From assembly GCF_009914755.1 (NCBI RefSeq), contig NC_060944.1: a stretch of 64,000 bases of DNA; one strand, written 5' to 3'. The stretch comes from the human T2T-CHM13v2.0 reference genome, Homo sapiens. The notes below the pieces were generated by a model. That model made no database searches. It saw nothing but the letters and a program-made list of their open reading frames with translations, and was not told the origin of the DNA. The translations under genes were made by a program, and so were the position numbers. This document shows positions 10,831 to 23,200 of this stretch, in pieces; within the stretch, counting starts at the first letter, position 1, and the number at the start of each line of letters is the position of its first letter.

Positions 10831-12079
10831 AGGGAATGTATTCTCACCGCCTTCGCAGAGCCCTCTGAGCACCCAGGCAGTTGTCCCTTCCCCCTACATC
10901 TCACTATCCCTTTTGTAAAACTGACCCCACTGCTTTGTGTTCCCGCATCTTCCTCTCCAAATGGACAGTGAGTTCCTGCAAGGGGAACCTAGTCTTGTTC
11001 ATTTTGGGTCCCTTCAGACCCCTGGAGGTTGCAGAGAGAATGCAGGGTGAGAGGAGCAATGCCCACCTGCGGTCCAGAGAGGGAGGCCGGACCCCTGGAG
11101 ACCAGCAAGTTCGGGCCTGCAGCTCTGGGCTGATATAAGTTATGGGCAGGCCCTGAGTCCACTGTCTACCGAGGTTGAGTCTTTCATAAATAAAATCAAA
11201 TACACATTGCAGGGGTTCGGGGAAGGAAACAAGGAAATTGTAAAATCAATAGGCACTGACGCCTGAATTTACTATGGCATCTGAGATACTGAAAACGAAG
11301 GGTCTGGATCTGAAAACATTAGCATTTCAAAAGTGCTCAACACCATCCTGGTGGGGAAAGAGGAGCTTCACTCCAGATTAGATCATCGAGCAATTGCTGA
11401 AATTTCAGCCTTTCGGTGCATAGACAATAACTCCTTCCTGACATCCTTATGGATGGAACGGTCTCTGTCTCGGGGCCATTTCCAAAAGCCATGAATAGAG
11501 CGGAGAAACAATTTCCCACTGTGGCTCCTGGCACGAAAAAGCTGACTTAGAGTTGCATTTGCATTCATGTCAGGTGAGGATGTAATTATTGATTGAAAGT
11601 GAGATTTTTGTCCTGAAAGGAAGATGCATGAGTGTGGGAGGGAGTCAGGTGTGTTGTTGTGCAGATCCCAAATCCTAGGCAGTTTCTGAGAGAAACCAAA
11701 GCTTGGTGTTTATGCCTTTGGCCGTGGAGCCCATTAACTGTTTTGCTCTCTGAGCTAATTCACTGGGAGTGATTGAGACGCCTGAGGTTTCTAAACCTGC
11801 CTTTCCAGATTTATCTATACACAGTCATCAAATCACATTCCATGTTCAACTAAAGCCTTGTCATTTGTTGATTTTGTGCATCAGCTATACTGAGCCACAA
11901 GAGATACCATGGCGAACAAAGGCAGGGACTCCCCTGTACTCTCCCTCCACTTTCCCTGTCCACATCTTGGCTTCAGTTACTCTCTGTCTGGATGCTCTCA
12001 TCCCTACCCAAATCTCCACTGTTTTAAAGGCCCATCCAAATGACATGTCTCCACAAAGCTCACTTAGGTCCCCTATGTC

Positions 12080-12560
12080 AATCAGGAGTCTCTCCATTGC
12101 AAGAGACAGAAAATTAACTCACCATGATTTTTAAAAAAATAAAGAACAGGACAATTTATTGGCACACATAATTGAAGAATCCAGAGGGAGACCTTCAGGC
12201 ATGGTTTGATCTAGGAGCTCGGTGGATGCTATTAGGGTATGCTCTTTCTCTCTCTCTGCTCTGATTCTCTGTGAGTAGGCCCAGCCCACTGTACAGGGGC
12301 ACATGGGCACAGACATTGTGCGTCCCATATCCTTGGGCTCTAAACACTAGAGAGAACTTCTATCTCTCAGTGTCCAAGTATGGAAGTCTCAGGAAAGGAC
12401 ATGAATTGGGTCTGGCCTGGGGTTTGGAGTTGGAGGTTCTAATTGGTAGCACTTTGCACACACATTCGCCTGACCCCCAACCACCTTCACGAAATGGGGA
12501 AGGGTAGTTTCCTGAAGAAAGAGCCAGGATACTGGCAAACAGGAGTGAGGGGGTGGGGAC
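12080..12560 (-). mobile_element. MLT1J/K-type MaLR LTR remnant
   Basis: TTGCAAGAGACAGAAAATTAACTC...AATTTATTGGCACACATAATTGAAG...CTTCAGGCATGGTTTGATCTAGGAGCTC. Confidence 0.65.
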
Positions 12561-13329
12561 AATACTGGGTACCCCTTCCCCATGCTCAATCCCTCCATTA
12601 ACCAGAGCCCACCACTCTAGGAGGGGCCTCTCTTATGGGCTGCTCTGGGAGCTTGCCTTGACTCCCTGCTGGTCCAAGAGCTCCCTGAAGGCCGCAGTAG
12701 TTGTGTGTCCATCTGCACATCCCCAAAGCCCAGGGCAGGGCTGGTGCCCAGAGAGCTCTCAACAGCATTTGGTGGGCTGGGTTAGGGGAGATTTCTGCCA
12801 GTGGCAATGAGAGTGAGAACCATGCCCTCCCTTTCCTGGGATTTTGGGGCTAAAGATACAGGCAAGAGAATGAGAATGAGAGGTGGCGTTCAAGCGCGTC
12901 AGCAAAGTAGGCAGTTCTGGGTGCTGTGGTTTGGGGCTCCTAGGAGCTCCCTGACCGCTCCCTAAATATCTTCCCTTTTTCATCACAGATTTGTATCTTG
13001 GCATCTTGTATCTTTGGGAGCCCTCAACAGAAATGCACGGATTCATGAACAGAGTTTCTGTTCCTGTCCTCTGGTGAAGAGTGTGGTAGCTGTTCCCTGC
13101 CCTGAGAAACTGTGGAAGGTCCCTCTCAGCATTGCTGTCTGCCTGAACCCACACTCCTCCTCTGCGGAAGGGGCAAGCACCCATACACGGGCTGTGCTCA
13201 TGTCAAGTGTAGACCCGCTGCCATCACAGGGAATGACAGGGAAAGGCAAAGCGGCCCCTTTCTCAAATCCTGGCACAGTGAAAGCACAAAGGGTGCTATA
13301 TGGATCTAGGGGAGGGGCCCAGTGAGCAG

Positions 13330-14310
13330 CCTGCCATCATCAGGTAGGCACCTTGTCCCTGCTAAATGAGTTGTCAAAAGAAGGACATTAACCTCTTTGA
13401 GCAGACGTGAACCAACGTCACTCTGATCAATAGGTGCCAGCATCCTGTACGGGCTCATGCCCAAAGCAAATGTGGACCAAGGGAGGGGCGCGCTGGCATA
13501 TTATCAGCTGCTTACAACCAGACACGGGCATCGGATCCTTGCAGCCGTGGCGGGATACGTGGCCAGCAGGAGAGGGATCCAGGCCAGGCAGGGTGGGGGG
13601 AGGGCTGGGAAGAGGCAGGACGTGCCAGGAGGACTCAGCCCTGACCCAAGGGTCTCCTAGCTAGCAAAACCCCAGTGAAATACCCTTCCCTTGTAAATCG
13701 TCATCAATAGACAGAACTGGACTCACAAGGGCTCGTGGATAGATGGATTTCTTCAACCTTTTAATGCTGCCCATCAAATCCCTGCCCAAAACATCATTTG
13801 AGCTGAGCCAGATGGATTCCTTTTTCAGGGTTAGTCAGTCTGGATCCATCTCACCTGCTGTGATTAAGCAATCACAGCAAAGCGGGAATGAATTACAGAG
13901 CACGGCTGTCTGTCGTCTGGCCTCCCTCCTGGAGAGGTGTCCTGGCAGGGGCGGCCATGTGGGGTGAGGTCAGAGTCATCGGCTCCACTGCACAGACAGT
14001 AAACACAGCCAAACACAGGCAGTCCCCAGGGAAGAAAGATTTTGTGATTCTTTACATTAACTATAAACAAGGCGGTGGTGGTTGCTGTTGTTGTTTTTAA
14101 CCAAGCATATTTTTAAGGAGTGTTTAATGGGACTGCGCCTGCCATATACCTATAAACTCTGCGTGACAGCACGCTGGCTCCAGCAGAATTTGATATACAC
14201 AACTCCAAACAAATAATCATATCTGACAGGCAATTTCTCCAATAAACCCAGTGAAATATTTCCCACTGCAGGGGAGGCAGTGTGCCCACGGCCTTCCGCA
14301 AAAACTGGCA
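13330..14310. promoter_or_regulatory. Candidate enhancer / conserved non-coding block
   Basis: A repeat-free stretch with retained CpGs and transcription-factor-like motifs (TGACAG, TCAAT/ATCAAA, AAACAAATA, inverted AATCACAGCA pair). Conservation was not tested. Confidence 0.35.
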
Positions 14311-14981
14311 TGATTCGGGGGTGCTGAGGGGAGTGGGAGCTGAGGCTTGTTTACAGAGAAGGCTCCCGGACGGTAGGGACAGGGAGATACATCGTGAATT
14401 TTAAAATGCAGACAGGATCAGTCTTCTGTTAAACACCCAGGCACCTTCTGGGGGAGGGATTGGTTTAAGCATTTGCCCCATGAGCCATGGAGGTTAGGGG
14501 GCTGTGGGAAACCTCCCATTTTCTTGAAAGGCCATTGACAAAATGGGATTCCTGCATCCTGGGGAAGGGGCTTCCTTGTGTTCTAGACAGGAGTGTTGTT
14601 GTCTCTCTGCTTAAGAACCAAGTTCCGGGGGGAGGAATCTCACTGGCCTGGCCCAGGACAGCGTGGGGTCTCTCCTTAACAGCTCCATCAGACAGCGAGA
14701 CCCCAAACGTGGCTTCATTCAAGCAGACCTTGCCATGGTGTCAGCACCTCGGGCCTTGGACACTGCCTCGTGCTTCCCTCTGCTCCAGTCTGGTTTTCCA
14801 GCTTCTTTACTAAGAGAGTTCTAGGAAATCCTCATTTGCGTAAGCAAGTCAAAGGTGCTCTCTGTTGCTTGCAACCCAGGAGCCATGACCAGCATACTGT
14901 ATTCCACATCTGTGAAACGGGCACAGCTTCCAGTTTTATTGGCATTGGGTGCTAACCAGATCCCTGTGGTAAGTGTTACAC

Positions 14982-15285
14982 CAGAGGGTCTCAAATTTGT
15001 TGGTCTCAGGACTCCTCAAAATTAACGAGAACCCCAAAGGGCTTTTGTCTATGTAGGTTGTATCTATCAATATTTCTGTGTTAGAAATAAAAAGGAATAA
15101 TTTTTTAAACACGGGAATCACAGCACAGATTGATTTCATCAGCCAGCAAAGCAATGATGTCCTCGCATTTCATGGAGCTGCTGGAAAACTCCACCGTACT
15201 CTCACAAGAGAATGAGGACTAAAAGGCAAATCGTGGCCTTAGGAATACCCAGGGGTCCCGGGGCCACACATTTGAAGAACTGCTG
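14982..15285. mobile_element. hAT-Charlie-type non-autonomous DNA transposon
   Basis: Termini CAGAGGGTCTCAAA... and ...TTTGAAGAACTGCTG are Charlie-like inverted ends, with internal GAACCCCAAAGGGCTTTTGTCTATGTAGG. Confidence 0.65.
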
Positions 15286-16179
15286 TGCTAGGTAATCCTT
15301 ACAATGGCCCTCCGCCCATTTTACAGCTGAGAGGACTGATGCTCGGAACTGAGAAGAGGCTGACTCTAGGGCTAGGGAGTGGATTTGAACCTTGTCTTGA
15401 GACTCTAAAGCCTGAACATCACCTCTTCCCTTTGCCCCATCAAGAGTGGTCCAGAGGAAGGAGGACTCCCTCTCACAGTTCCCAGATATCACCTCTGCCC
15501 TCTGCACACTTGCCCCTTCCTCTTCCTGTTCACCAGCTGCCACGCCTCACTTCCTGTCAGCCTCCAGCTAGGCAGCCTGGGGCTCGCTTTCCAGCCTCCA
15601 TCCCAGGGAAGCGGCTGCCTCCTGAGGGAGGCCAGGCTTGGACAGGTCCCCGATGTCTGTTTCCAAGCCCGACTCAGTCCGTCCTGCAGGGTGGCAGATG
15701 CTTCTCCCATCTTGGTAGTTCCTGCTATGCATGGAAGCCATCGCCTTCCAGGGGCTGGCATAGCTGTGATTAAGAGCGGGCTTTGGCCCCACATGAAGCT
15801 AGGTGCAAATTCTTGCCCCACCCCATGCTAGCGGGTGGTTCCGGATGTGTATGTTCCCTCTTGAAGCTTCCTTTTCCCTGCCTGTAAAATGGGACTAATG
15901 GTGTAAAGGCCCCTAGGTCTGACCTACCTGTCCGTCTCTGGTCCTCCCTCTCTGCACTCATTACTCTGCGTCTAATTAGTCTTCCCTCCATTTCCTCCGT
16001 GTGCCTCGTGACTTTGCACACGCTGTTCCGCTGCCTGGAAGGTCCTCCCCCACCTCTCTCCTTTCCGTCCTCAGAGCCACCTTTCAGATCTCAGCTGAAT
16101 GAGGCGTTCCTTGGTAATCCTGTTCAGACGGAAATTATAGAGGCCACAGTGAGAGCGCAAAATGGTGATCTTAGCGATG

Positions 16180-17442
16180 CCATCATATGTCACTTAACGA
16201 CAGGGATGTGTTCTGCAAAATGAGTTGTTAGGTGACCTCATCATTGTGCAAACATCATACAGCCTGCTGCACAAACCCAGATGGTGTAGCCTCCTACACA
16301 CCGGGCTATGTGTGTAGCCTGTGCGGCCATGGCTGTACTGAATACTGCAGGCAGTCGCAACACATGGTGAGTGTTTGTGTATCTAAACCTATCTCAACAC
16401 AGACGAGGTACAGTAAAATATGGTATAAAAAATTTAAAACTGCTACACCTGTATAGGATACCTGCATGAATGGAGCTCCCAGGACTGGACGTTGGTGTGG
16501 GCGAACCAGTGAGTGAGTGCGGAGAGATGTGGTGACCTGGGACATTACCGCTCCCTGCTTCACACTTTATAAACACTGTACACTTTGGCAACGCAACATG
16601 TGTAAAAACATATTTTTCTTTCTTCAATAATAAATCAATTTAGCTTAGTGTCAATTTTTACTTTTTTAATTTTTTAACTTTTTGATGCTTTTCTAGTAAC
16701 ACTTAGCTTAAAACAAACACATTGTACAGATGTACAAAAATATTTTCTTTCTTTCTTTCAACAAGCTTGCAGTTGTGTTTTCTTTCTTTATATCTTTATT
16801 CTATAAACTTTTTTCGACTTTAAATATTTTTTTAAGTTTTACTTTTACTCTTTAAACTTTTTTGTTAAAAACTAAGACACAAGCACACACTTGAGCCTAG
16901 GCCTAGACAGGGACAGGATCCTCAGAATCACTGTTTTCCACCTCCACATCTTGTCCCACTGGAAGGTCTTCGGGGCAATAACACGCATGGAGCTGCCATC
17001 TTCTATGATAGCAATGCCTTCTTCCAGATTCCTCCTGAAAGACCTGCCTAAGGCTGCTTTACAGGTAACTTTATATATACATAAACTTTATATATACATA
17101 TATTTATATGTGTGTATATATATATATATGGAGTACATGCTTAAATAATGACAAGAGGTATAATATAGTAATTACATAAACCAGTAACAGAGTAATTTAT
17201 TATCAAGTATTATGTACCACACATAATTTTACGTGCTAGACTTTTATATGACTACCAGCACGGTAGGTTTGTTTGCACCAGTGTCACAACAAACACACAA
17301 GGAATGCGTCCTGCTCCGAAGTTATGATGGCTGTGATGTCACCAGGTTACAGGAATCTGGCAACTCCATTATCATGTTATGTGACCACCATTGTGTATGC
17401 GGTCCATCATTAACCAAAACGCTGTTATGAGGTGCAAGACTG
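16180..17442 (+). mobile_element. Tigger3/MER7-family DNA transposon (~1.26 kb, Tigger3b-like)
   Basis: The 5' end is CACTTAACGACAGGGATGTGTTCTGCAAAATG, internal sequence includes GCCTAGGCCTAGACAGGGACAGGATC, and the 3' end is GTTATGAGGTGCAAGACTG. It sits within an L2 remnant. Confidence 0.9.
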
Positions 17443-17494
17443 TCATTACATAATCACTTGTGTGATTATTTATTTTGTACCTATAGTCCCTTTG

Positions 17495-17600
17495 AGACCT
17501 GCACTCTCCAATACAGGCATCACTAGCCACATGTGGCATTTTACATTTAAATTAATTACCATTAAATACAATTAAAAATTCAGCTCCTCAGTGCTCCATT
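17495..17600. mobile_element. MER3/MER33 (hAT-Charlie) fragment
   Basis: CACTAGCCACATGTGGCATT...AATTAAAAATTCAGCTCCTCAGT. Confidence 0.7.
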
Positions 17601-17989
17601 AACCGCTCGGCCATTACCATTTTAGTGCCAGTGGCGGCCCCTGAGTGTCTTTGCCTGAGAGCCATCAGTGGCTGCTCAAGCCTCTTGTACCCACACATGA
17701 GGCAAGCTGAAGGTGCCCAGGAAAAGCAGTGCCCAACCAATGAATGCCAGGAGTTAGCATGTCAGTATCCCAGCTCCCTTGTCCCTCCTGCAGGGTAACT
17801 GATGTGTTTCTACCCAGACTCCTTGGACTGGGTCCACTCATCACCCTGACCAGTCAAGAGGTGTCCCAGCCATGTCTCTGGGAAGAAACAGCTGAGATTT
17901 CCCTCAAGAGAAAACTGAAGTGCTTGACACAACATGCACAGAGATACAAGCAGAGAGAGGACCATCGAGTGGGGAATGCAGCTAAGACC

Positions 17990-18320
17990 AGCAATAGCTG
18001 GCAAGGGCCAGAAACTGCCTCACTGAAACCTAGCAGGAGCTGGACCCAGGATTGGGTCCCCTTGTCCCTGTCCACCATAGGAGCTGTGGCCCTTGGAGGC
18101 CAGGCCGCGTGACAACCTGGGGAGAAGGACACACAACCTCCTGTCTCTCCTCTCATCCTCCATTCTGCAAGTGCTCATTTTGGACAAACCTAATCAGAAG
18201 TCAGAGGACAAGGGACACCATGGATGCAGTTTTTAAAGGCCATCTTCCCAGGGCTCAGGATAGGATGGAGACAGACAGAGAATGGGTGAGGGTTGGGCGG
18301 GGAGGCTGGAGAATACTTAG
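17990..18320 (-). mobile_element. LTR33-like ERVL LTR fragment
   Basis: GGACAAACCTAATCAGAAGTCAGAGGACAAGGGACACCATGGATGCAG...TCCCAGGGCTCAGG resembles LTR33. Confidence 0.5.
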
Positions 18321-20970
18321 TCCAGGTGGGCACAGTGCTCTTTCTTCTAGAACTTTGACTCTTCAATTGAATGATGAAATTATTAGATGCTGGGAGAAAC
18401 AGTTCCTTTATTCCTGCAAGAAGACCAGCGAGTCTGTCATTACTCCCAGCTACCATGATTCCCTTGTTCTGCCCCAGAGCTGTTTATTCCAAGCCAGGTT
18501 CTCCAGCCTCCCTTGCTTATCCTGGGTCCTCCCTGTGCCCTCCCAGCAAATGTGCTCTTTGCTGCCAGTGGCCGGTATCAGTTTCTGTTGCTTACAACCA
18601 TCAAGCCCTACCTGGGCAAAGCCCATACGAGACCCTGATGCTTTTGGGGGCAGCAGAACAGGACATGAATATAGACATTTTGGTAACATTCATCATCCCA
18701 AACAGATTTTAGGGCCTAGGAAACTTGCCTGGGACACCACACTCAGTGGGTAGCACAAGTCAAGACAGAGCCAGTGCAGCAAAGACTTACCCTGGTATTG
18801 TTTCTAGGGCTGGGAGCCCTTGTTTTAATGGACCAAGCAGCTCATCTTCCTCTGTTTTCCCGCCTACTCCTACATTGGACTTTGACCTGTCACTTGGACA
18901 CATGAAGCTTGTTGTTACCTCCGAGCCTTTGCACCAGCTGTCCCCACCTCACAGTCCTTCACTCCTTACCCATATTTACCTACTTAGTGCAGAGCTGGAA
19001 TTCCAAAACAGGAGACCCCACATCCCAGCCTCATGAATGAGGAATTGGAACATGGAATTGAATAAGGAAAAGTCCACTGATTTTGTATGAGGCAAGAACA
19101 GACACTGAGTGCAAGGGCCGGGGCAGGAATGGGGAGCATCTGGTCCACACGGTAGGCAAAAGTCAAGTTAAATTTGGACCCGTGCTGCCTCTTATGTTCA
19201 GAAGAAGCCAGGATCCTGTGGCCCCAGAGTAATCACTGGCTGTCGTGCAATCACCGTGGATTCACAGGCCCTCCCCCTGCCAGGCCCTTCACGGTGACAC
19301 CTGCTAGTGAACTCCACTTTCTGCTGTGGACTTAAAGGGCACATCAGACCTGTCTGCACTATTTTTGAGATTTCCTCTGAATCTGTAATTCCCCAAAACA
19401 AAGAAAATCAAATCAAAGGAGAAGCAGCAAGCATGGGGCCTTGTGGCGCCTGGACAACCATCTTGAGGGGTGTGGCCTTCATGGCAGGGGTGGGGTGGAA
19501 GCGGGTGACTATTCTCCATTGGTGTTAGGTTTTAGGCCAGGAGATGTGAGCCTTTAGGCTGCTGGGGGTAGCTGGATCGGGGTGAGTGAGTGGACAAGTG
19601 AGCCTTAGCTAGGAGGTCAATGATAGTCCAGGCATGAGCCACGGGCTGGGGGCGATGGAAACGGGCAGTGGAGACAGACCCAGAAGGCACCAATGAGGCA
19701 ATGAGGCAGAACCCACAGAGCTTGGCGACTCTCCATGGAGTCTGGTGGCTCAAGTGAGCCAAGGCTGACCCGAAGGGGGATTTTTTTCTGCTGGACAGGG
19801 AGCTCTAGAAAGACAAGGATCCTGTTTCCTGGAACTTCTAGGGCCTAGATCGGTGCAGAGCAGAGACAGAGGGCTGAGGGTCAGCCATCTGGAGAGAGGA
19901 TCAAGAAGGGGTTACCCTACACTCGCCCTCCCCAAACCCCATCCCACCTCCAGGAAGGCTCCCCATGCTTTGTTTGCTCAGAGGAGTCTGATGCGTTCCC
20001 TAAAAGTAGATTAAAACATGCTCTGGAATGCTCCCTGGAGGCCGGGAACAGAAGTCTTGAGCCTGGAGTGAACATTAAATACATATGGGTAAGGCCCCCA
20101 GCAGCATTCGGAATGAGGCCGGAGCTCGCGGCCATATGGGGATGTGGTTGTGGAAAAAAAATATTTATAAAATGGCTTTTCCAAATGTTTAATCTACAGC
20201 AGATGCATCTAAAATTAATCTGTTTGGCTTGGCTTTCACTGTGGGGAGATGCCATTTCATCGTGCCGGCCGCCTGGAGCAGAGGAAATGGGGGTTGTAAA
20301 AGATTCATCTGTTTGTGAGTCAACTCCAAATGAGATCTTCAGAGGGCAGGGAGGCAGTGGAGGCAGGAGAGCAGGTCTGGGAAGAAAGGGAAAGAGGTTC
20401 CCCCACACCCCTGATTCCCATGGGTCACCCACACGTTAACTCTCATCTCATGGATGCTATATGTTGAATCTTTCCCACTGGAGTAATAATCTGATGGCTG
20501 TGTTTCTTACTAAGATGTTGCACTGTCATTCCGACTACAGTTGAGTAATGGGTCCCACAATGACTCCTATGTGTGGTGTTTCCATTATTTTTGCAGAAGG
20601 GAAAACAATCCCCTACTGAGAGTGCTTTATACTAGAGAAGTTTCTGGAATGGGAAACAGAACCACTGACTTCTCCAGCCTCCTTCTCACTATACACAGCC
20701 ACCTTCGCCATCTCACAGATCCTAAGCCCTTTCCAACTGCAGGGCCTTTGCATACTCTGCTCCCTCTGCCTGGAAACTCTCCCTTCCTGCTTTAGACTAA
20801 ATATCAATTCCTCAGTGAGGCCTTTCCTGAACTTCCAAGCCCGGAGCGGGTGTGCCCCGTGGTCTCTCTTCACTGTTCTTAAGACATTCACAACCTCATT
20901 TTGATGGTGGGGCGCTGCAGCTCACGTCTGAGTCCCATCCAAGACTTGGCCCACTGCTGTGCCCTGCACA

Positions 20971-21510
20971 GATGGACAGATGGTTGGAAGGATGGATGGA
21001 TGGATGGATGGATGGATGGATGGGGTTGGATGGATGGATGGATGGATGGATGGATAGTGGATAGATGGATGAATAGTGGATGGATAAATGGATTAATGGA
21101 TGGATGAATGGATGATGGATGGATGAATGAGATGGATGGATTGATGGATGGATGGATGGATGGATGGATGGATGGATGGAAGAATGGATGATGGATGGAT
21201 GAGATGGATGGATGGATGGATGGATGGATGGAAGAATGGATGATGGATGGATGAGATGGATGGATGGATGGGGGGTTGGATGGATGGATGGATGGATGGA
21301 TGGATAGTGGATAGATGGATGAATAGTGGATGGATAAATGGGTTAATGGATGGATGAATGGATGATGGATGGATGAATGAGATGGATGGATTGATGGATG
21401 GATGGATGGATGGAAGAATGGATGATGGATGGATGAATGAGATGGGTGGATTGATGGATGGATGGATGGATGGATGGATGGATGGATGGATGGATGGCAG
21501 ATGGATGGAT
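20971..21510. repeat. (GGAT)n degenerate tetranucleotide repeat, ~540 bp
   Basis: Read directly. It accounts for the HPSI/MDGW ORFs. Confidence 0.97.
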
Positions 21511-21793
21511 CCATCTATGTCAGGCCTGCATGACACCTGGTGTGGAGGAGCCACCCAGTCAACATTTGCTGACAGGATGGACAGACAGAGAGGAGGTGAG
21601 TGACAGGGGCCCTCAGGTGCTTTTTCTTTGGAGACCTGGGCAAGGAAACAAGATACCTGGAAGCAAGTGCATTTTTGTGAAAGTGTGCAGGTCCTCACAG
21701 TCCTGGAATGCTCCCCCCGAAACCTGGTCTGAGAAGAGAGAAGGGGACAGGCTCCCCCAGGAAACCCTCCAGCTTCATTTTTAGCTACTCAGG

Positions 21794-23200
21794 TGTGGGA
21801 GGCAGAATAATGTTCTCCAAAATGTCCACGCCTCAACCCCAAGAGCCTGTGAATATGTCGCTGTACGTGGCAAAGAGACTTTGCAGATGTGATTAAATAA
21901 GATTTACAGATGGGCAGATGACCCTCGATTATCTGGTTATCTAAACACACACAATCTAGTTACTTGAGTGTCAACATCACTCATCATTAGGGAAATGCAA
22001 ATCAAAACCACAATGAGATACCCCCTCCCCAAACACACTCATTAGCATGACTACTATTAAAAAAAACAAAAAACAAAATAAAAACAGAAAATAACAAGTG
22101 TTGGTGAGAATGTGAGAATGTGGAGAAATGGGAAATTTTGTGTATTGTTGGTGAGAATATAAAATGAAAAACAGTATGGTGCTTTCTCAAAAAATTAAAA
22201 ATAAAATTATCATCATGTGATCCAGCAATTCCACTTCTGGGTGTATGCCCCAAAGAATGAAGCAGGGACTTGGACAGACACCTGTGCACCTGTGTTTACA
22301 GCAGCGTCATTCACAATAGCCAAAAGGCAGAAGCAACCCAAGTGTCCACTGATAGATGAATGAATACACAATGTGGTGCACCCAAACAATGGAATATTAT
22401 ACAGCCTTAAAAAGGAAAGGAATTCTGACACAGGCTATAGCATGGGTGAACCTTGAAGATATGATGTTTATGATGTTAAGTGGAATCAGCCAGTCTCAGA
22501 AGGACAAACACTGTCTGATTCCACTCATATGAAGCCCGTATAGTAATTCATAGAGACAGAAAATAGCATGGTAGTTTCCAGGGACTGGAAGATAAGGGAA
22601 TGGGGAGTGAATGTTTACAGGGGACAGGGTTTCAGTTTGGGAAATTGAAAAAGCTCTGGAGAGGAAAAGTGATGATAGTTCCACAGCAATGTGAGTGTAT
22701 TTAATGCACCAAACTACACACTCAGAAATAGTTAGGGTGGGAACTTTTATGTTATGTGTATTTTACCACAATTAAAATTATTTTTTTAAAGCAGAGAAAC
22801 TCTGGCAATCACAATGAGAGTGACACCAGCTCCTAAGAAGGGTCGCGACCATGCAACGTGAACAGAATTCCATGCCCCGACGCTGGCCCTGAGCGGAGGT
22901 CATGTGCAGGCTGCAGAGAGGTCCCTGGCTGAGACAGCCAGCCAGGAAGGGGGATCTCAGTCCCACAGCTCCAAGGAAGTGAAGTCCACCAACAGTCCAG
23001 AACAGAAACCCATCCTCCTCTGGAGCCTCCAGAAGCAACGCAGCTCCGCGCCCCCCTGATTCAGCCCAGCGAGGAGACCCACTGAGCACTTCCCACCCAC
23101 GGAACTGTAGGAAGGTAAGTTGGTGTTGCTGAGCTAAGTCTGTGCTAATTTGTTAAGGCAACATAAATATTTTATAGCATTCAGGAAATAATACTACTCC
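21794..23200 (+). mobile_element. MLT1D/E-type MaLR LTR split by an L1 insertion
   Basis: The 5' part is TGTGGGAGGCAGAATAATG...TGGCAAAGAGACTTTGCAGATGTGATTAA (21794-~21935). The 3' part is CTGGAGCCTCCAGAAG...GTGCTAATTTGTTA (~22791-23200). Confidence 0.75.
21971..22790 (+). mobile_element. L1MB-type LINE-1 3' fragment
   Basis: TCAACATCACTCATCATTAGGGAAATGCAAATCAAAACCACAATGAGATA...CCAGCAATTCCACTTCTGGGT...TTATGTGTATTTTACCACAATTAAAA. Confidence 0.92.

Noticed and set aside
14741-14768. Split REST/RE1-like halves TCAGCACC...GGACACTGCC
   Set aside because: The right half is mismatched and the spacing is non-canonical, so it is too weak to call.
18052-18753. 233-aa ORF (likewise 9822-10493, 24965-25714 and 30743-31402)
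   Set aside because: There is no recognisable domain, and these ORFs run across LTR/L2/MIR relics or the local duplication. Such lengths are expected by chance in GC-rich DNA.
20888-21784. HPSI/MDGW repeat ORFs (also at 43681-44055)
   Set aside because: These are translations of (GGAT)n.
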